Of a stretch of 64,000 nt of DNA, positions 1-13,181 are shown piece by piece. Numbering within the stretch: the stretch's first letter is position 1; every line of letters begins with the position of its first letter. The notes below the pieces were generated by a model that searched no databases, was not told the origin of the DNA, and worked only from the letters and a program-made list of their open reading frames with translations. Source of the DNA: Malacoraja senta (taxonomy: Eukaryota); contig JAXLNO010001064.1 in NCBI GenBank assembly GCA_038087875.1, positions 124,001 through 188,000 on the forward strand, in the 5' to 3' direction. Made by a program: the position numbers and the translations under genes.

Positions 1-202
1 AATCTGCAGTTTCTTGTGTCTCCATGGCGACCCACTGGTCAGCGTGGACAGATTGCTACAGAGGGCCTGTTGCCATGCTGTTCCATGATGATGAATTATA
101 ACGTACAACTTAGCAAAGATGAATTCTCTGCAATATTGCTAATGACAAGGTCAGTGAACAATTTTTGACCAACATTTACACATTTGTTCTCTTTTCCTAC
201 AG

Positions 203-547
203 GAAGTGGACATTATATGTACTTTTTCCATCAGGAAGGCAACTTTGTATTGAAAGGACCAGACAGTCCTGGAAATGGCCCCATTGACTTGGAATGGAGG
301 CTACACTCAGGGCAACAAACCACAAAGCGATTGGCCACTTTCCACAGAGAAGATCAGCAGTGGGACGTACAATGGAGTGATGAGTACAATCAAATACCAG
401 GCATCTCCCAGAGGATGCATGCGGACTGGGGTACCCTTAATCTGAGGATCAGGATGCCCACATTCAAACTTGCAGGACTGTTCACCTGGAATCAGACACA
501 GCCCGCTGGGAAAATCCTGAGACAGTGGGAACTATTTGGGATTAAAG
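203..547 (+). CDS. Ig-superfamily receptor copy A, exon encoding Ig domain D1 (V-like, both canonical Cys absent); leader exon lies upstream of the window
   Basis: ttttcctacAG at 201-202 and GTaata at 548; 345 nt, phase 1-1, open. GSGHYMY...VLKGP...DLEWR...LNLRI...LAGLFTW...ELFGIK has V-set spacing with the C-strand Trp. Confidence 0.8.
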
Positions 548-1347
548 GTAATAGAGTCATAGTGTCACACAGCACTGAAACAGGCCCTTTGGCCAAATTC
601 ATCCATACTGACCAACTACCCATCTAAACATCCCATTTGCCCTCATTTGGCCCATATCCCTTTAACCTTTTTTCTGTATAACTGTTTAAATGCCCTTTAA
701 ATACTGTACCTGCATCAAACACTTCCTCTGCTCGATCTTTCCATAAAGTATGTTCATGTACCACACTTTTTGTCAAAAAACTGCCCCTAATATTAAGGCA
801 TATATCAAATCTGCCCCTCTCACCTTAACCATGTACCAGCTAGTTTTTGATTCCCCAACCCTGGAAAAGGGACCATGTGCGTTTACTATAGATATGCCTC
901 TCATGATTTTATTCACTCCCATATAATCTCTGTTAAAGACATCCAAGAAATATAATCAGTCTGAAGAAGGGTCTCAACCAGAAACGTCACCTATCTATGT
1001 TCTCTAGAGTTCAAAGGTCTTTTATTGTCACGTGTACCAATTAAGGGGCAGTGCTATTCATATTACCAGACCTGCTGAATTACTCCTGCATTTTATGTCC
1101 TTTTATATATTAACCAGCATCTGCAGTTCTGTGTTTCTACTATACTAAAAACATCCCTACCTGGAAGTGTTGATGTGGGAGACGAGGGGGGCGAGGGGGA
1201 CAGGTGGTCACTACCAGGAAGTTTTGATGCCATCACTGAGCACGGCAGCTCAACATTCAGCCGACTGTCTGCAGGAAAAAGACAATTCTGCCCACAGTAG
1301 TTCAGAAAGGTGTTGGTCAACTGAACCACATGTGTCTGTTTCCACAG

Positions 1348-1620
1348 TTGAGGCAGACTCACCGAGGCCAGTGATGGGCAGTGACATCACCCTCAGCTGT
1401 ACCATCTCCAGACTCCCAGATACCATCAGTCTTCACTGGAAACCAAGAGGCTCATCTCAGCAGAACAGGAGGAACAACACTGATCAGATCCGTCTGAATA
1501 ACGCCGTCTATCTGATGGTCCAACACATTGGAGCAGGAAATCCCAATCTATACACATGGGAAGTGCAGGAAAATACCTCCATTGTTCTCACTGGAGACAC
1601 CAATGTTGAAGTGGATCAGG
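1348..1620 (+). CDS. Copy A exon, Ig domain D2 (C2-like)
   Basis: gtttccacAG acceptor, GTGAGT donor; 273 nt, phase 1-1. VEADSPRPVMGSDITLSCTIS...LHWK...NLYTWEV...VEVDQ. Confidence 0.88.
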
Positions 1621-1947
1621 GTGAGTCCAAAGCTGCCTTGCAGCAGGTATTAAATAGTTCTTGATATCAAACTGTTCCACATGTTGTATAGTGAGCACTG
1701 ACTCCACCCGTGGGCTTCCACACTGCAGGATGTGGACATTGCCTTTACCCTGGGACATGGTGTAAATATAAAATGGTGGCACTAAGATTGATGGAGCAAC
1801 ACAGGAGAACCAAGAGATTCATTTCAGTTCACCTGCATGAATCAAAGAGAATAATATCCAGTGATGGAAATAACATCTAGTTTTCAGTGTATAACAGAAC
1901 AGGAAAATATGAACTAATTCAAGTATAAATGCAGAGGGAATACCAGA

Positions 1948-2640
1948 ATCAGAATCAGAATCACATTTTATTGGCCACGTAATCATACACAAGGAATTTG
2001 ACAGTGCTTTGCTCGCATAAGGTAAAAACACGATATACACCAGACAATTAAAAATAAAACATTATAATTTAAACATGTGAAAATAAAGTACCGGAGTAAA
2101 AAGAGGCTACCGACTTTTGGCTGTTGAGTAGAGCTACGGCTCGTGGGAAGAAGTTGTTTTTTATGTCTGGCTGTGGCAGCTTTGATAGTCCGGACTCACC
2201 TGCCAGAGGGAAGTGATTCAAAGAGCTTGTGGCCAGGGTAAGAGGGGTCAGAGATGATCTTACCCGCTCGCTTCCTGGTCCTTGCAGTGTACAGTTCATC
2301 AATGGAGGGAAGGTTGCTGCCAATAACCTTCTCAGCTGATCGGACGATTCGCTGCAGGTTCCAGGTATCGTGCTTGGCGGCTGAGCCAAACCAGACCATG
2401 ATGGAGAAGGTGAGGACAGACTCTATGATGGCCGTGTAGAATTGGACCATCATTGCCTGTGGCAGGTTGTGTTTCCTCAACTGCCGCAGGAAGTACATCC
2501 TCTGTTGGGACTTTTTGACTGTGCAGTCGATGGTGGCCTCCCATTTAAGGTCTCTGGAGATGATGATTGCGAAGAAATTAAATGACTCCACAGTTGTGAC
2601 TGTGGTGTTGTTGAAGATGAGTGGGGGGAGGGGAGGGGGA
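1948..2640 (-). mobile_element. Rex1/Babar-type LINE 3-prime fragment (duplicated at about 61795-62460, +)
   Basis: RT C-terminus KKSQQRMYFLRQLRK...HKLFESLPSGR...FFPRAVALLN; (GATTCT)n tail at 1948-1965. Confidence 0.8.
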
Positions 2641-2759
2641 CCTCTACAATCAGGAGGGGAGGATTGAGTCTACAATCAATTCCACTGTCTTAAGAGCACT
2701 GCGCTTCAGGTTGTTGCGATGTCAACAGGACACCAGCTTTATGATTAGGGTGACTTGGA

Positions 2760-3165
2760 CATCGTGCTGAAGTAAGCATGCAGGTACAGCAGGCAATGGA
2801 GAAAGCAAATGGCATGTTGGCCTTCATAGCGAGATGATTTGAGTATAGGAGCAAAGAGATCCTACTGCAGTTGTACGGGGCCTCGTGAGACCACACCTGG
2901 AGTATTGTGTGCAGTTTTGGTCTCCTAGTTTGAGAAAGGACATTCTTCCTATCGAGGGAGTGCAGCAAAGGTTCACCAGGTTAATTCCTGGAATGGCGGA
3001 CTGACATATGATGAAAGAATGGATCGACTGGGTTTATATTCACTGAAATTTAGGATGAGAGGGAATCTTATAGAAACGTATAAAATTATTAAGGGATTGG
3101 GCAGGCTAGATGCAGGAAAAATGTTCCCCATGTTGGACGAGTCCAGAACCAGGGGTCCCAGCTGA
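2760..3165 (+). mobile_element. CR1 LINE 3-prime fragment (duplicated at about 61255-61680, -)
   Basis: Matches the other CR1 copies in the window (KANGMLAFI...[19 protein letters not shown] region). Confidence 0.8.
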
Positions 3166-3263
3166 CATCCCAGAGCCGGGGGTTTGTCCCTGTGGAAACT
3201 CACAACATTGTATCTCGGCGTGTGTGGAAATCTAATTCTTTGTTCCATGTCCCTCTCTTTCAG

Positions 3264-3602
3264 GTTTACATAACAAGACGTACACAGTTTATCGCTCAGT
3301 CACAGATCACAGTGAACTCGACCTGATTTGTGAAGCTTCTCCTGAGCTCAGTGAAACCAAATGGACTTGGAGATCACCACGTTTCCAGAATCAAGAGAAG
3401 GAAATAGCTTCTTCTCACAGGTCTGAGCCGATACATGGCGACAGGAGCTACTTTGGGAATCGACTGGAAACCACAGAGGGAAATGTGAATGGCAAGAATT
3501 TCCATGTGAGGATTGTCCCCGTGCAGTTTGCAGATGCCGGAGTTTACACATGTTCCACAGGATCAAATATACATGTGACCATTGAACTAATCACATTTAC
3601 AG
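3264..3602 (+). CDS. Copy A exon, Ig domain D3 (V-set, canonical)
   Basis: ctcttttcAG acceptor, GTAGGA donor; 339 nt, phase 1-1, open. LDLICEAS...KWTW...RL...DAGVYTC. Confidence 0.92.
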
Positions 3603-4408
3603 GTAGGAGACTGGATGTTACTACTTTCAAGAAATAAGTTACTGGTGTAGAGTTTCTAATCTGAGTACAGACTGCAATGTCAGCAGAAATTTCCAAGTTT
3701 GAAGAATTATTTTACCTCCACAACCTCCTCTTCAACTTATTTGTATTTTGCTGAACCCAAAATCTGCCCTAAACCAACATTATTGGGAATCACATCAAAT
3801 GTTATTTTCATTTATTTTGCTGAAAACACATTGTTTTATACATAAGAGAGGGAATATGATGAAATGTGATTCACAAAGGTGCAAATGAGCTTCCATCGAA
3901 AATATTTTAAAATCATTCAACTTCTCTTAACACATTCCCCAAGTTTCTTTGACCCCAAACGACCCATCCTAATTTTTGAAGGCTCACTGGAGGCTTAAAA
4001 CTGAGTGTATTTTGTGGAATTTATCGATTAATATTTACCTGGATGAGTGTTGTGGCCAAAACTGTGGCCAGAGACAATGATGTGGGCATTGGTTGCTCTT
4101 TGTATAATTAGTTCAAAACTGTTGTGAATGATTATGGAAAAGACACTTGGAGAGGTACATGGATGGGAAAAGTGCAGAGGGATATGGGCCAAATGTGGGA
4201 ACATATTTTAGATGGAGCATCTTGGTCCGCATGGATGAGTTGGGCTGAATGGACCGAATTGTTTCATGCTGTATGACTATGCCTCTAACTCTTGTTGTGC
4301 AATATAATTTTTACACTTAGAACGCCAGATACTGGTGTCAAAGTACTGAGAAAAACACAACACAATCCAGACAAAATTCATTGTTTTACGATTTTCTTCT
4401 TTCCACAG

Positions 4409-4677
4409 TCACAACTGAACCATCTGGCGCAGTGACTGAGGGAAGAAAGATTACCCTGACCGCTCTGTGTCCCATGTCACTGATTCAATGAGACTGGTTT
4501 GGATCAATGATGAAGGCAAAGTTGTAGAGGAGAAAAACCTCATGCAAACAAAGCAGGAGGACAATTCTTTGCAGCTGATTATTGCAATAGCTGATGGAAT
4601 AAGAAGGAAATGGACATGTGGTTTGTTTCATCAAAGCACAGCCAAGGTTTTCATTCTATATAATCTGCAGGTGAACA
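4409..4677 (+). pseudogene. Copy A exon, Ig domain D4 (C2-like, WxC motif) with a 1-nt deletion
   Basis: ttccacAG acceptor, GTAAGT donor; 269 nt, one short of 270. ACC-GC lacks the T of TGC present in copy B, giving TGA at 4489-4491. The restored frame reads ITLTCSVSHVTDSMRLVWIND...RRKWTCGLF. Confidence 0.88.
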
Positions 4678-5296
4678 GTAAGTTTCTTAGCTTCTGCTCT
4701 TCGTTATCTCGACACAGAGTTCTTGTCACGTTGCTATTCTTTTTGGATAACTTTTAACATTCCATGTCTTACTGCAAGTAGAGCTCAATCATAGACATTT
4801 CCTTCAAACCTCTTGTCCATGCCTATAAGGTCACTTCTATTGTAAGTAGTCCAGGTCTCTGAAGCACATGGGAGCACATGGATCACTACTGCTGGCAGAC
4901 CACTGACCAAGACCTGTGTTGGCGATCTCATTGAAGGTGATCGGGAATTTCATCATCAATGTCTGTCCTTGTTGATAAGTGTCTCCAGAGGTATGAAAAC
5001 TGGTCCAGTAGTATGAAAACTAGTGTGTCACTGTGAACCTTTTTGTCAGAGGTCAGTATAGTAAGGTGGGCAGCTTGGTGGAAGATCTTTGCCATAACAC
5101 CCAAACTGTGCCCCTTAAAGATCACAAAAGTAGTGAAAATCATCTTACAAATAGTTGTACAAGTTTCTTTACACTGTTCTGATGCTGTAAAACATTACAG
5201 CGGTTGAAGCATCCACAGTAACTTCACCAAAGGCTGCCATGTGAGAACAGAAGATGTGGGGGAGGGAATACTGATGTCTTCACCTTGTCTGACCAT

Positions 5297-5561
5297 GATG
5301 GCTCAGTGGTAGGGTTGCTGCCTTACAGCGCCAGGGACCCGGGTTCAATCCTGAAGGTAAGGAGTTTGTACCTTCGTCCCAGGTTTTCCGGTTTTTTCCC
5401 AAATTCCAAAGATGTACAAGTCTGTAGGTTAATAGGCTTGGTTTAATTGTATGTTGTCCCTGGTGTGTGTAGGATATTGTTATCTGTGGGAATCGCTGGT
5501 TGGTACGGACTCGGCGAGCCGAAGGGCCTGTTTCCGCGCTGTATCTCTAAACTAAACTAAA
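5297..5561 (+). mobile_element. tRNA-derived SINE, HE1/V-SINE type (duplicated at about 58895-59200, -)
   Basis: tRNA-like head (GCTCAGTGG...GGTTCAATCC), central domain, CR1-like tail ending (CTAAA)n. Confidence 0.8.
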
Positions 5562-6324
5562 CACGCCCTTTCCTCCCAATCCCACCCATCCGTTAATCCC
5601 TGCCCTTCATGTGGCCCCAAGCCTCGGTGAAAGACATTTTGTACAACGCTGACAGAAGGCAAAGCACTGATCCCTAACAGAGGAAGATCCTGTAAACACC
5701 CAGGCACAAAGAAACAATCTCCACCACACATAGATCAATGAAGAGTCAGTGAAGCACAAAGTGGAAAGTATCAATGTCCCACAGGAACACTTTAATTCCT
5801 CACAGATAATTACATCATCCAACCATAGAATTGTGGAATGGTTGTAGCACAGAAGGTGGCCATTTGACCCATCATATCCATGCTAACTCTCATCCAGTGC
5901 AACTCGCTAATTCTACCCCCTCTCCTTTTGCCATTACATTGCAGCTTTTTCATCACTATATATTTGTCCAATTCTCTCTGGAAAGCCACGATAGAACCCA
6001 GCTCCCCAACTGATGCAGACAGTACACTTCAGACTCCAACTATCTGCTGCCTAAAAAGATTTTCCTCAAGTCATTCTAACATGTTTCCCCTTTATTTTAA
6101 ACCTATAACTTTTTGTGCTCAGCCTTTCCACTGAAGGGAGCATCCTTCCACAATCCATTCTGTTCAGACTGAATAAATGATGCATAAATGAACAATGATA
6201 CCATTGATGTGATGAAAGAGCATTATTGACTCTTGTCTTCAAACTCTCTCTTCAGTGTGCCATGGTAATAACTGGACAGAGAACACCATAAAAATAATCT
6301 CAATTATACCAACCATGTTTACTG

Positions 6325-6638
6325 TTTAGTTTAGTTTAGAGATACAGCGCGGAAACAGGCCCTTCGGCCCACCGGGTCCACGCCAACCAGCGATCCCCGC
6401 ATATTAACACTATCCTACACCCACTAGGGACAATTTTTACATTTACCAAGCCAATTAACCTACAAACCTGTAAGTCTTTGGAGTGTGGAAGGAAACCGAG
6501 GATCTCGGATAAAACCCATGCAGGTCCCGGGGAGAAAGTACAAACTCCGTACAGACAGCACCCGTAGTTGGGATCGAGCCCGGGTCTCCGGCGCTGCATT
6601 CACTGTAAGGCAGGAACTCTACCGCTGTGCCACCATGC
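6325..6638 (-). mobile_element. HE1/V-SINE-type SINE (duplicated at about 57827-58130, +)
   Basis: Full-length reverse copy with (TTTAG)n tail and tRNA-like head. Confidence 0.8.
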
Positions 6639-8276
6639 CGCATTCATTGTGTCATCTCTTTGTGACATGTTTACAGTTTGACTTGCCGATTCAACTGCTT
6701 CAATGCACCATCTGATGTGATTATTTGACTGAACACAGCAACCTGCTCCCTGATGGTCACTGTGTGCTATAGGTTGGTGTTATTAATCCTTACTCCTGGC
6801 GAGCAGCAGTCTCCCCCTGGGAGAGGACAACAGGGCTCTGAGAGTCCACTGAGGAATGAGGACTTTGGTTGTCCTCTGCCTGTTCCTCAGTGCCAGTAAA
6901 ACCCTGCTCCGTCAGCCGCTGCACCAAGGGAGAGGCCACCCCCACCCACACACACTCCCACTGTGGTGTCCCCACCTCCCGGATTGGAAATCTGTGCTCC
7001 CGGCTGAGCAGAAGCCTCCCCATGTACGCTCATCTAGCACAGTCTCGCTCTGGAGCAGAACTGAAGTTGAACTTTATTTTACAAGGGTCGCGCACACCAG
7101 CCTCTCCATCCTTTGGCCTCATTGCAGACTGATGCTTTTGGGTGTTGAGCTGTCCTTAAAGGGCAGGGGATATCAATCAGTGAGTGAATAGATTAGTTGG
7201 TGTGTGGAATTAATGCATGGATCAACCATCTCCAATGTTACACTAAAACACATGAAGATGTGTTCATTAGGATTGCAATAATAATGTGTTCAACCTCATT
7301 GACATCAGTAGGCAATGGTTACATGCACAGTACAGTTTTAGTACTTGAAGACCAAAATTAATTTTAGGAGTTGAAAATCCGAATTAAAAATAATAATAAT
7401 AATCAGCAGGACAGATAGGAACTGTGAAAGAGGAACAAGTCCAGCCATGATCACATTAAATGGGGGAGCTGGCTCGAGGGGCTGAATGGCCGACTCCTGC
7501 ACCTATTGTCTATTGTCAAAGATCCTATCTTTGAATCTGACAACGTTTTTATTCATCATAAAACATGAACTCACTTCTTTCCCTTTCCACGGATACTGCT
7601 CAAACGGCTGAGTATTTCTAACCTTTACAGTTCTTGTGCCCTGGTTAGAGAGGATTGAAGCTGGAGGGCAATATCCACTCTGTTGTCAGTAGTGCTCATT
7701 CAACCATTGTTCCAGGCTTAGACTATGATAGACATTTGTCCACTGTACAGTGGGAACTATCACAGCTGAATCAGCTACTTTATCAACCAACCATCAGCTC
7801 CCATATCCTGCCTGAGAAATGTCAGCTAATTGTAACCAAGAAATAGTAACTTGTGTGAATGTTTACAGTCTCTAACTGATGGCTACTGAGGCAAGTTGTG
7901 TCTCTGATCTTTCTGAGTAAGGTCAATTAATCTGGGGAAAAAAAGACACAATGTGCTGGAGTAACTCAACGGGTCAGGCGGAATCTCTGGAGAACATGGA
8001 TAGGTGAGGTTTTGGGTCTTGACCCTACTTCAGACTAAAGGGCTGCGACCCGAAATGTCACCTGCCTAACCTGCTGAGTTTCTCCAACACTTTGTGTCTT
8101 TTATTGGTAAACTCTCATCTGCAGTACCTTGTGTCTCAGTGAATCTGGATCACAAGTTAAACTCAAGACTTCTGATCTAAATTAGTCAGTGTGGTTAATG
8201 CCTGGTCTTTGGGGGAGCTTTTGAATGATGTCCATTTATTCTACAAATGTGAACTCTGTGTTTATTATTTTGACAG

Positions 8277-8384
8277 AGAATTACACTTTTATATACATCA
8301 TTGTTGGAATTATCGGGAGTCTGGCTGTTCTCATCGTCATTATACTGGCAGTGGTGTGGTGTCAAAGAAAGCGCAAGCCTACAG
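8277..8384 (+). CDS. Copy A transmembrane exon (uncharged TM)
   Basis: ttttgacAG acceptor, GTAAAG donor; 108 nt, phase 1-1. NYTFIYIIVGIIGSLAVLIVIILAVVWCQRKRKPT: hydrophobic span then basic stop-transfer residues. Confidence 0.9.
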
Positions 8385-9086
8385 GTAAAGCACATGAAGA
8401 CATCCTTAATGCAGCACAGATTCCCCAAATTATCAATGACAATGTTATCTCTGATACAAGGAGAAAAGAACAATATATTTTGGATAAGAAAAGTATCTGT
8501 TTGTGCTTATGTTGTTGATTTCAGACATTTTGTGGTCAATTAAAGCATTATTTATGCAATGTGGATTGTCTACCTGCGTTGCCATGAGGAGTCTGCTGTA
8601 TGATTCAAGGTGCTGTTCTGCAATGATCTGACCACGTGGTGATTGTGTCACCATCCCCTGTGTAAACCATTATCAAATAAACATGCCAGAAGTTGAAGTA
8701 GAGCTAGTGTAATCATGTAGAAAATATGGTCTCCAATTTGCCCTCAATATGTTCCTATTTACTGGGGGATAAATATTGGCCAGGAAACCAGGAGACCAAG
8801 GTATCTCCACTACACTTTGGTGGTTCAAACTTAAAATGAAAATTTTGCCTTGTGTACCATTCTAATATGGTCATAATTTAGGGAACACTGTGTTTCCATG
8901 GACTCTGATTTTATACACATCGTCTTATCCCACCATTAAATGTCTCTGCCATACATCTGAAGCCATGTTCCTGGTCATTCTGGTGGATCTCATTATTAAT
9001 GGGGTACAGTTTAAACATTGGATTGCTGCTTCTTTAAAATCAAGCCGGATTAAAGTCTTAATCAGAAAATAATACTTATTTTCCAG

Positions 9087-9164
9087 AAATTAATGTGACC
9101 CCAGTACCTGAGATGAGCCGTGTTGCTGAATATATGTCTGTGAGTAGGAAGACAACGCAAGAAG
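9087..9164 (+). CDS. Copy A cytoplasmic exon 1 (Tyr motif AEYMSV)
   Basis: ttattttccAG acceptor, GTAAAT donor; 78 nt, phase 1-1, open. EINVTPVPEMSRVAEYMSVSRKTTQE. Confidence 0.65.
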
Positions 9165-9842
9165 GTAAATAGATGACTCAGTCAATGAATCTCTAGTTGT
9201 AGAGTGTTGTATTTGATGAAGCTACCTATTTCACATTTCACAGTTTTGTAACAAGAATGTGAGGAAGGGAACCTCAAGCTCACAAACTAATTGATCAATT
9301 CAACAGTCTCTCTTGTGTCAATTCACCCCTCAGTCCCAATCTTCCTCATCCAACTGCAGGTCTTACTCTGCATTGCTCAATTGACTAATTTTCACTGGAC
9401 TATCATGGTCAACCCATGAATGTTGAGACATCACCATGAACAACATATTCACACTCCTAATTTATTGTTGATCCTGATTAACAGCTTGGTTAGTGGCTCT
9501 CTAAAGAATGGACAACACTTGCCCTTTCAAAAGTCACCATCCCTTTCACTAAATATCATCTAGCATTAAATGCCTCCAATTCACTTTGCCACTAGTTCAG
9601 ATTTTATTCTAAAGTGAAAATAACAACAACATTACAGAATGGTTAGAGCATCATTAATAAATGGTGGAGAGGTGATGTTTCGGATCGAGACCCTTCTTTT
9701 GAGTCTGAAGAAGGGTCACGACCCGAAACTTCATCTATACATGTCATCCAGAGTTGCTGCCTGACCTGCAGAGGTACTCCAGCACTTTGTGTCCCTTTGT
9801 GTATTAACCAGCATCTGCAGTTCTTTGTTTCTACCTTAGACA

Positions 9843-10565
9843 GAATCAGAATCAGATTTTATTCGCCAAGTATGTTTTGCAACATACGAGGAATTTCACT
9901 GGCCAGGTCAGTCATACAATTAAAAAGCAACAGACACAAAAACACATTTTAACATGAACATCCACCACAATGACTCCTACACATTCCTCACTGTGATGGA
10001 AGGCGAAATAAAGTTCAAGTCCTTCACTTGTGTTCTTCCTCGGTTGGGGGCCTCGAGCCCCCGTTGACGGGATGATCTTAAATCCCGTAGTCGGCGGTGT
10101 TCTGGCCCTCCGCGTCGAGGCGATCCGCTCCCGTATCGGGGAGATGTCAGCTCCCCCGCGCCGGGCGTTCAAACATCGTGTCGGGGCTGCTTGAACCTTC
10201 TGCAGCGTTGGAGCTCCCGTTCTGCAGCGTTGGAGCTCCCGACTAAGCCTCTCCTGAGACTGCGAGCCATTGATGGTAAGTCCGCAGGCCGCGGTGGGAG
10301 CGATCCCAGGCAAGGGATCCGCTCTGGTGTTAAGTCCGCGCCCCGCGGTGGGGCTCACGGCAGTCCGGGGCGGCTTCCAGCTCCATCGATGGTAGGCGGC
10401 AGAGCCCGATGAATGTGATCCGAAAAATGATCACATCTCTGGGAAGGTGAGAAACTGAAAAAAAGTTTCCCTCGACCCCCCCCCCCCTCCCCCACATAAA
10501 ACAAACTGAAGTACATTAAATCAAACTTTTAACAAACACTAAAATAAAAAAAAGATGAATAAACG
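9843..10565 (-). mobile_element. GC-rich non-autonomous retroelement with LINE-type 3-prime tail (related copies about 27096-27998, 29725-30465, 47413-48122)
   Basis: Shared CATCCACCACAG...CTGTG(A/G)TGGAAGG hairpin, CpG-rich body and T-rich 5-prime part in four places. Confidence 0.55.
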
Positions 10566-11546
10566 ATGGTGGACAGTATTGTTTTTGCCAGAATTTAGAC
10601 CACATTTCTGATGAATCTGATGAACAACAGAGAAATCTTTCTTGAAAAATCTGAAGGAACCTTTCAATAAATCACACATTGCTCATGTTTTAATGAGAAA
10701 AATATCAATTCCTAACCTTGTTCCACAGTATGGATCAATTGTATTCCACTGTGTTCCACAGTAAAGGGATCGATTGTATTCATATATTGTCTTTCTGCTG
10801 ATGCAACAAAAGCTTTTCCCTGAACCTCGGCACATATGACAATAAACTAAACTGACCCTCAGCTGATCATATCTCCCCATATTCCTTGATCTTAGTCCAC
10901 ATATGACGTCCCTAGTTTGTATTTTGCAGTCGTTTTTTCCTCTAACCTGTGGTCTTTGTAATTTATGCTTCATTTATGTGTTGTGTTGCCTTAGTCAAAA
11001 TGCCTCTGATGCTGCTGCAGGTAACATTTTCATTGTACATGTACCTCGCCATTGTTGTGTATCTGTCAATAAATTCAACAACTACTAAATGTACTGAATG
11101 ATTTGGCTCCAGACAAATGTGTGGTAGAGAATGTAACCGATTCTTTGTTCTCCTCATCTTCATCCTTATTGTCTCTTGTCTTAAACCTTTACCCCTGGTC
11201 ATGGTCTCCCCCAACAGGGAACATCTTCCTCCATCCAGACTGGTCTACCTGTTGGAACTTTCTATGTTTCCATGAGAACCATTGTCATTCTTCTAAACTC
11301 CACAAGCCAAATTAACTCAAATTCTCTTTGTAATTTCCACCATCCCAGGAAGAAGTCAAAACAAGGAGGTTAGGAGATGTGACTTTTCATGGAGGGGTTT
11401 TTCAAACTGCTGGAGATACTCTATGGGTCGAGCAGCATCTATGGAGGGAAAGCGATGGTCAGCGTTTTGTATCGTGACCCTGCATTGACTTAAATCATCC
11501 TTTTTCAAATACAAATAAATTCTTTGTTTCCAACTTATTTCCACAG

Positions 11547-11603
11547 ATACAGAGGAAGGTATTCATTATGGATCCATCTCCTTCCAGCCAAAAGCATCTG
11601 GTG
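11547..11603 (+). CDS. Copy A cytoplasmic exon 2 with canonical ITIM IHYGSI
   Basis: Long pyrimidine tract then ccacAG, GTAAAC donor; 57 nt, phase 1-1. DTEEGIHYGSISFQPKASG fits I/V/L/S-x-Y-x-x-I/L/V. Confidence 0.75.
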
Positions 11604-13005
11604 GTAAACTGACTTTATTTAAATGTTTCAATCTTTTATCACAGTGAGGATTATTGGCACTGAGCAGTCTGAAACCCTGCTGTCTTTGTCCACTTTACAA
11701 CAGCATCAGGCATTCCTGGGATAAAGTCCCTCGCTCTGTCCGTCGACATGAAGTGGGACAATCAGCTGAGGCTCAGTTAGGAGCCCAACCTTCTCGGGGT
11801 GGGTTCAGCCTCCCCAACCTTCTCTGAGTGTGTTCTGCTCCCATAAACTACAGGGAGTGTGTTCTGGTCCCCTAACCTACTCTAAGTGGGTTCTGGTCCC
11901 CTAGCCTACTCTGAATGGGTACAATAGCCACTCCAGAGATCCAACCAGTGACATCCAGGCTGCTGTTACAACACTGTTGTGCATTGTCGTTGGTGATGAG
12001 AAGTGAAACCAAGACACCATTTATGTCCATCTGAAGAACATTCTTCTACACAACTCCTGACTGAGCTAGAAGTGATCAGCACAAACTTCCTTGAATTACA
12101 AATTTTTGATATTGTTTAGTAGGACTGGATGGTACAATCCCTAAGTTTCTTCACCACAACTGACACCCGATTTTCTTGGGGGTGACCACGAGGTGATTTT
12201 GCTACCAATCAGACACATCTTCAGTTGTGTACCTCAACATCACTAGGTGTTTCGGCCTTTTATCACAAGACACCCTCAGTCAAGGCAGGCCCACCGCAGG
12301 GTGATCAGCGCTGGGTGTGTGTCTTATGGTTAGCCTCTAGATGGTCGCATGGCAGCTCAGACAGCATCTTTTCTCTTCAGCCACAGCCAGTGACTGCTCC
12401 ATTCTGCTTTTATCCTTCCATCTTCCTCTCTACCGCTGACTGTGGCTGGTTGGGCTCTGGACTCGTGTCCGTTGGTGGGGCAGTACTTGGTTGAGCTTCG
12501 CCTGGGGTGCTGATACCCTGTGGACTGTGGTGGTTAACCTGCCACTGGGCTTCACTCCACTGATTTGGCCTACCTCTTAGAAGGTAATGGTCAATGCGAG
12601 GCCCCTCACCAAGCTCTCCCAGGCACTTTTCCCTGCCTTGGTGGATCTTGAGACCCTTCTCTGATGTTATCTTATCCCAGCCACAGATGCAGCTTCATAG
12701 CTTATGTCCTGCCCGGGCTGCTGCTCTGTCAATTACTGTGCTAGTTCTCTTATTTATAGTCGATTCCTTCCATAACAATATACGGGTGTCTTGTTCATGC
12801 TGACCATTCCTGCAGCTCACTGTAAATGCAGAGGTATGAGCATACAGATGACAGATGGGTTTTCTGGAATTCAATGTCTTGTTGATCTACTGTCAGGAAG
12901 AGCAAAATGTAGTAAGCTTTAGACTTTTATATTTCATTTGTCGTTTCCTTTTTCAACATAATCCACCAGTGTCATTTTTAATTGTGATGTTTGCATTTAT
13001 TACAG

Positions 13006-13049
13006 GCAGCAGCGATAATACACTGTCCTCCAATCAAGCATCAGGCACT
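13006..13049 (+). CDS. Copy A cytoplasmic exon 3
   Basis: tttattacAG acceptor, GTAAGT donor; 44 nt, phase 1-0. GSSDNTLSSNQASGT. Confidence 0.7.
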
Positions 13050-13181
13050 GTAAGTATATTGATTCTTGTTGATGAAATCCCAGATCGTACAAGTATGAAT
13101 TAAAGCTGTAATCTGTTTACGGATCTAAACAGCGACAACAGCAATGGTCTTAAATACAATTGGTATTTCTTTCTCTTTCAG

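Larger units (their letters stand above)
670..8826 (+). repeat. Arm 1 of a large inverted segmental duplication (partner 54510-64000)
   Basis: Exons, introns and the same nested TE fragments recur in reverse complement. Homology ends at ...cactttggtg(g/a)ttca near 8826/54510. Confidence 0.95.

Noticed and set aside
6856-7191. Intronic 111-aa ORF with a signal-peptide-like start (MRTLVVLCLFLS), also open in arm 2
   Set aside because: Three frames are open over this GC-rich patch, the arms are too similar for conservation to be informative, and no domain is recognisable.
8385-8518. Read-through tail after the TM exon ending in CLCLCC
   Set aside because: A good donor at 8385 and phase-matched downstream exons explain the tail better; kept only as a possible intron-retention isoform.
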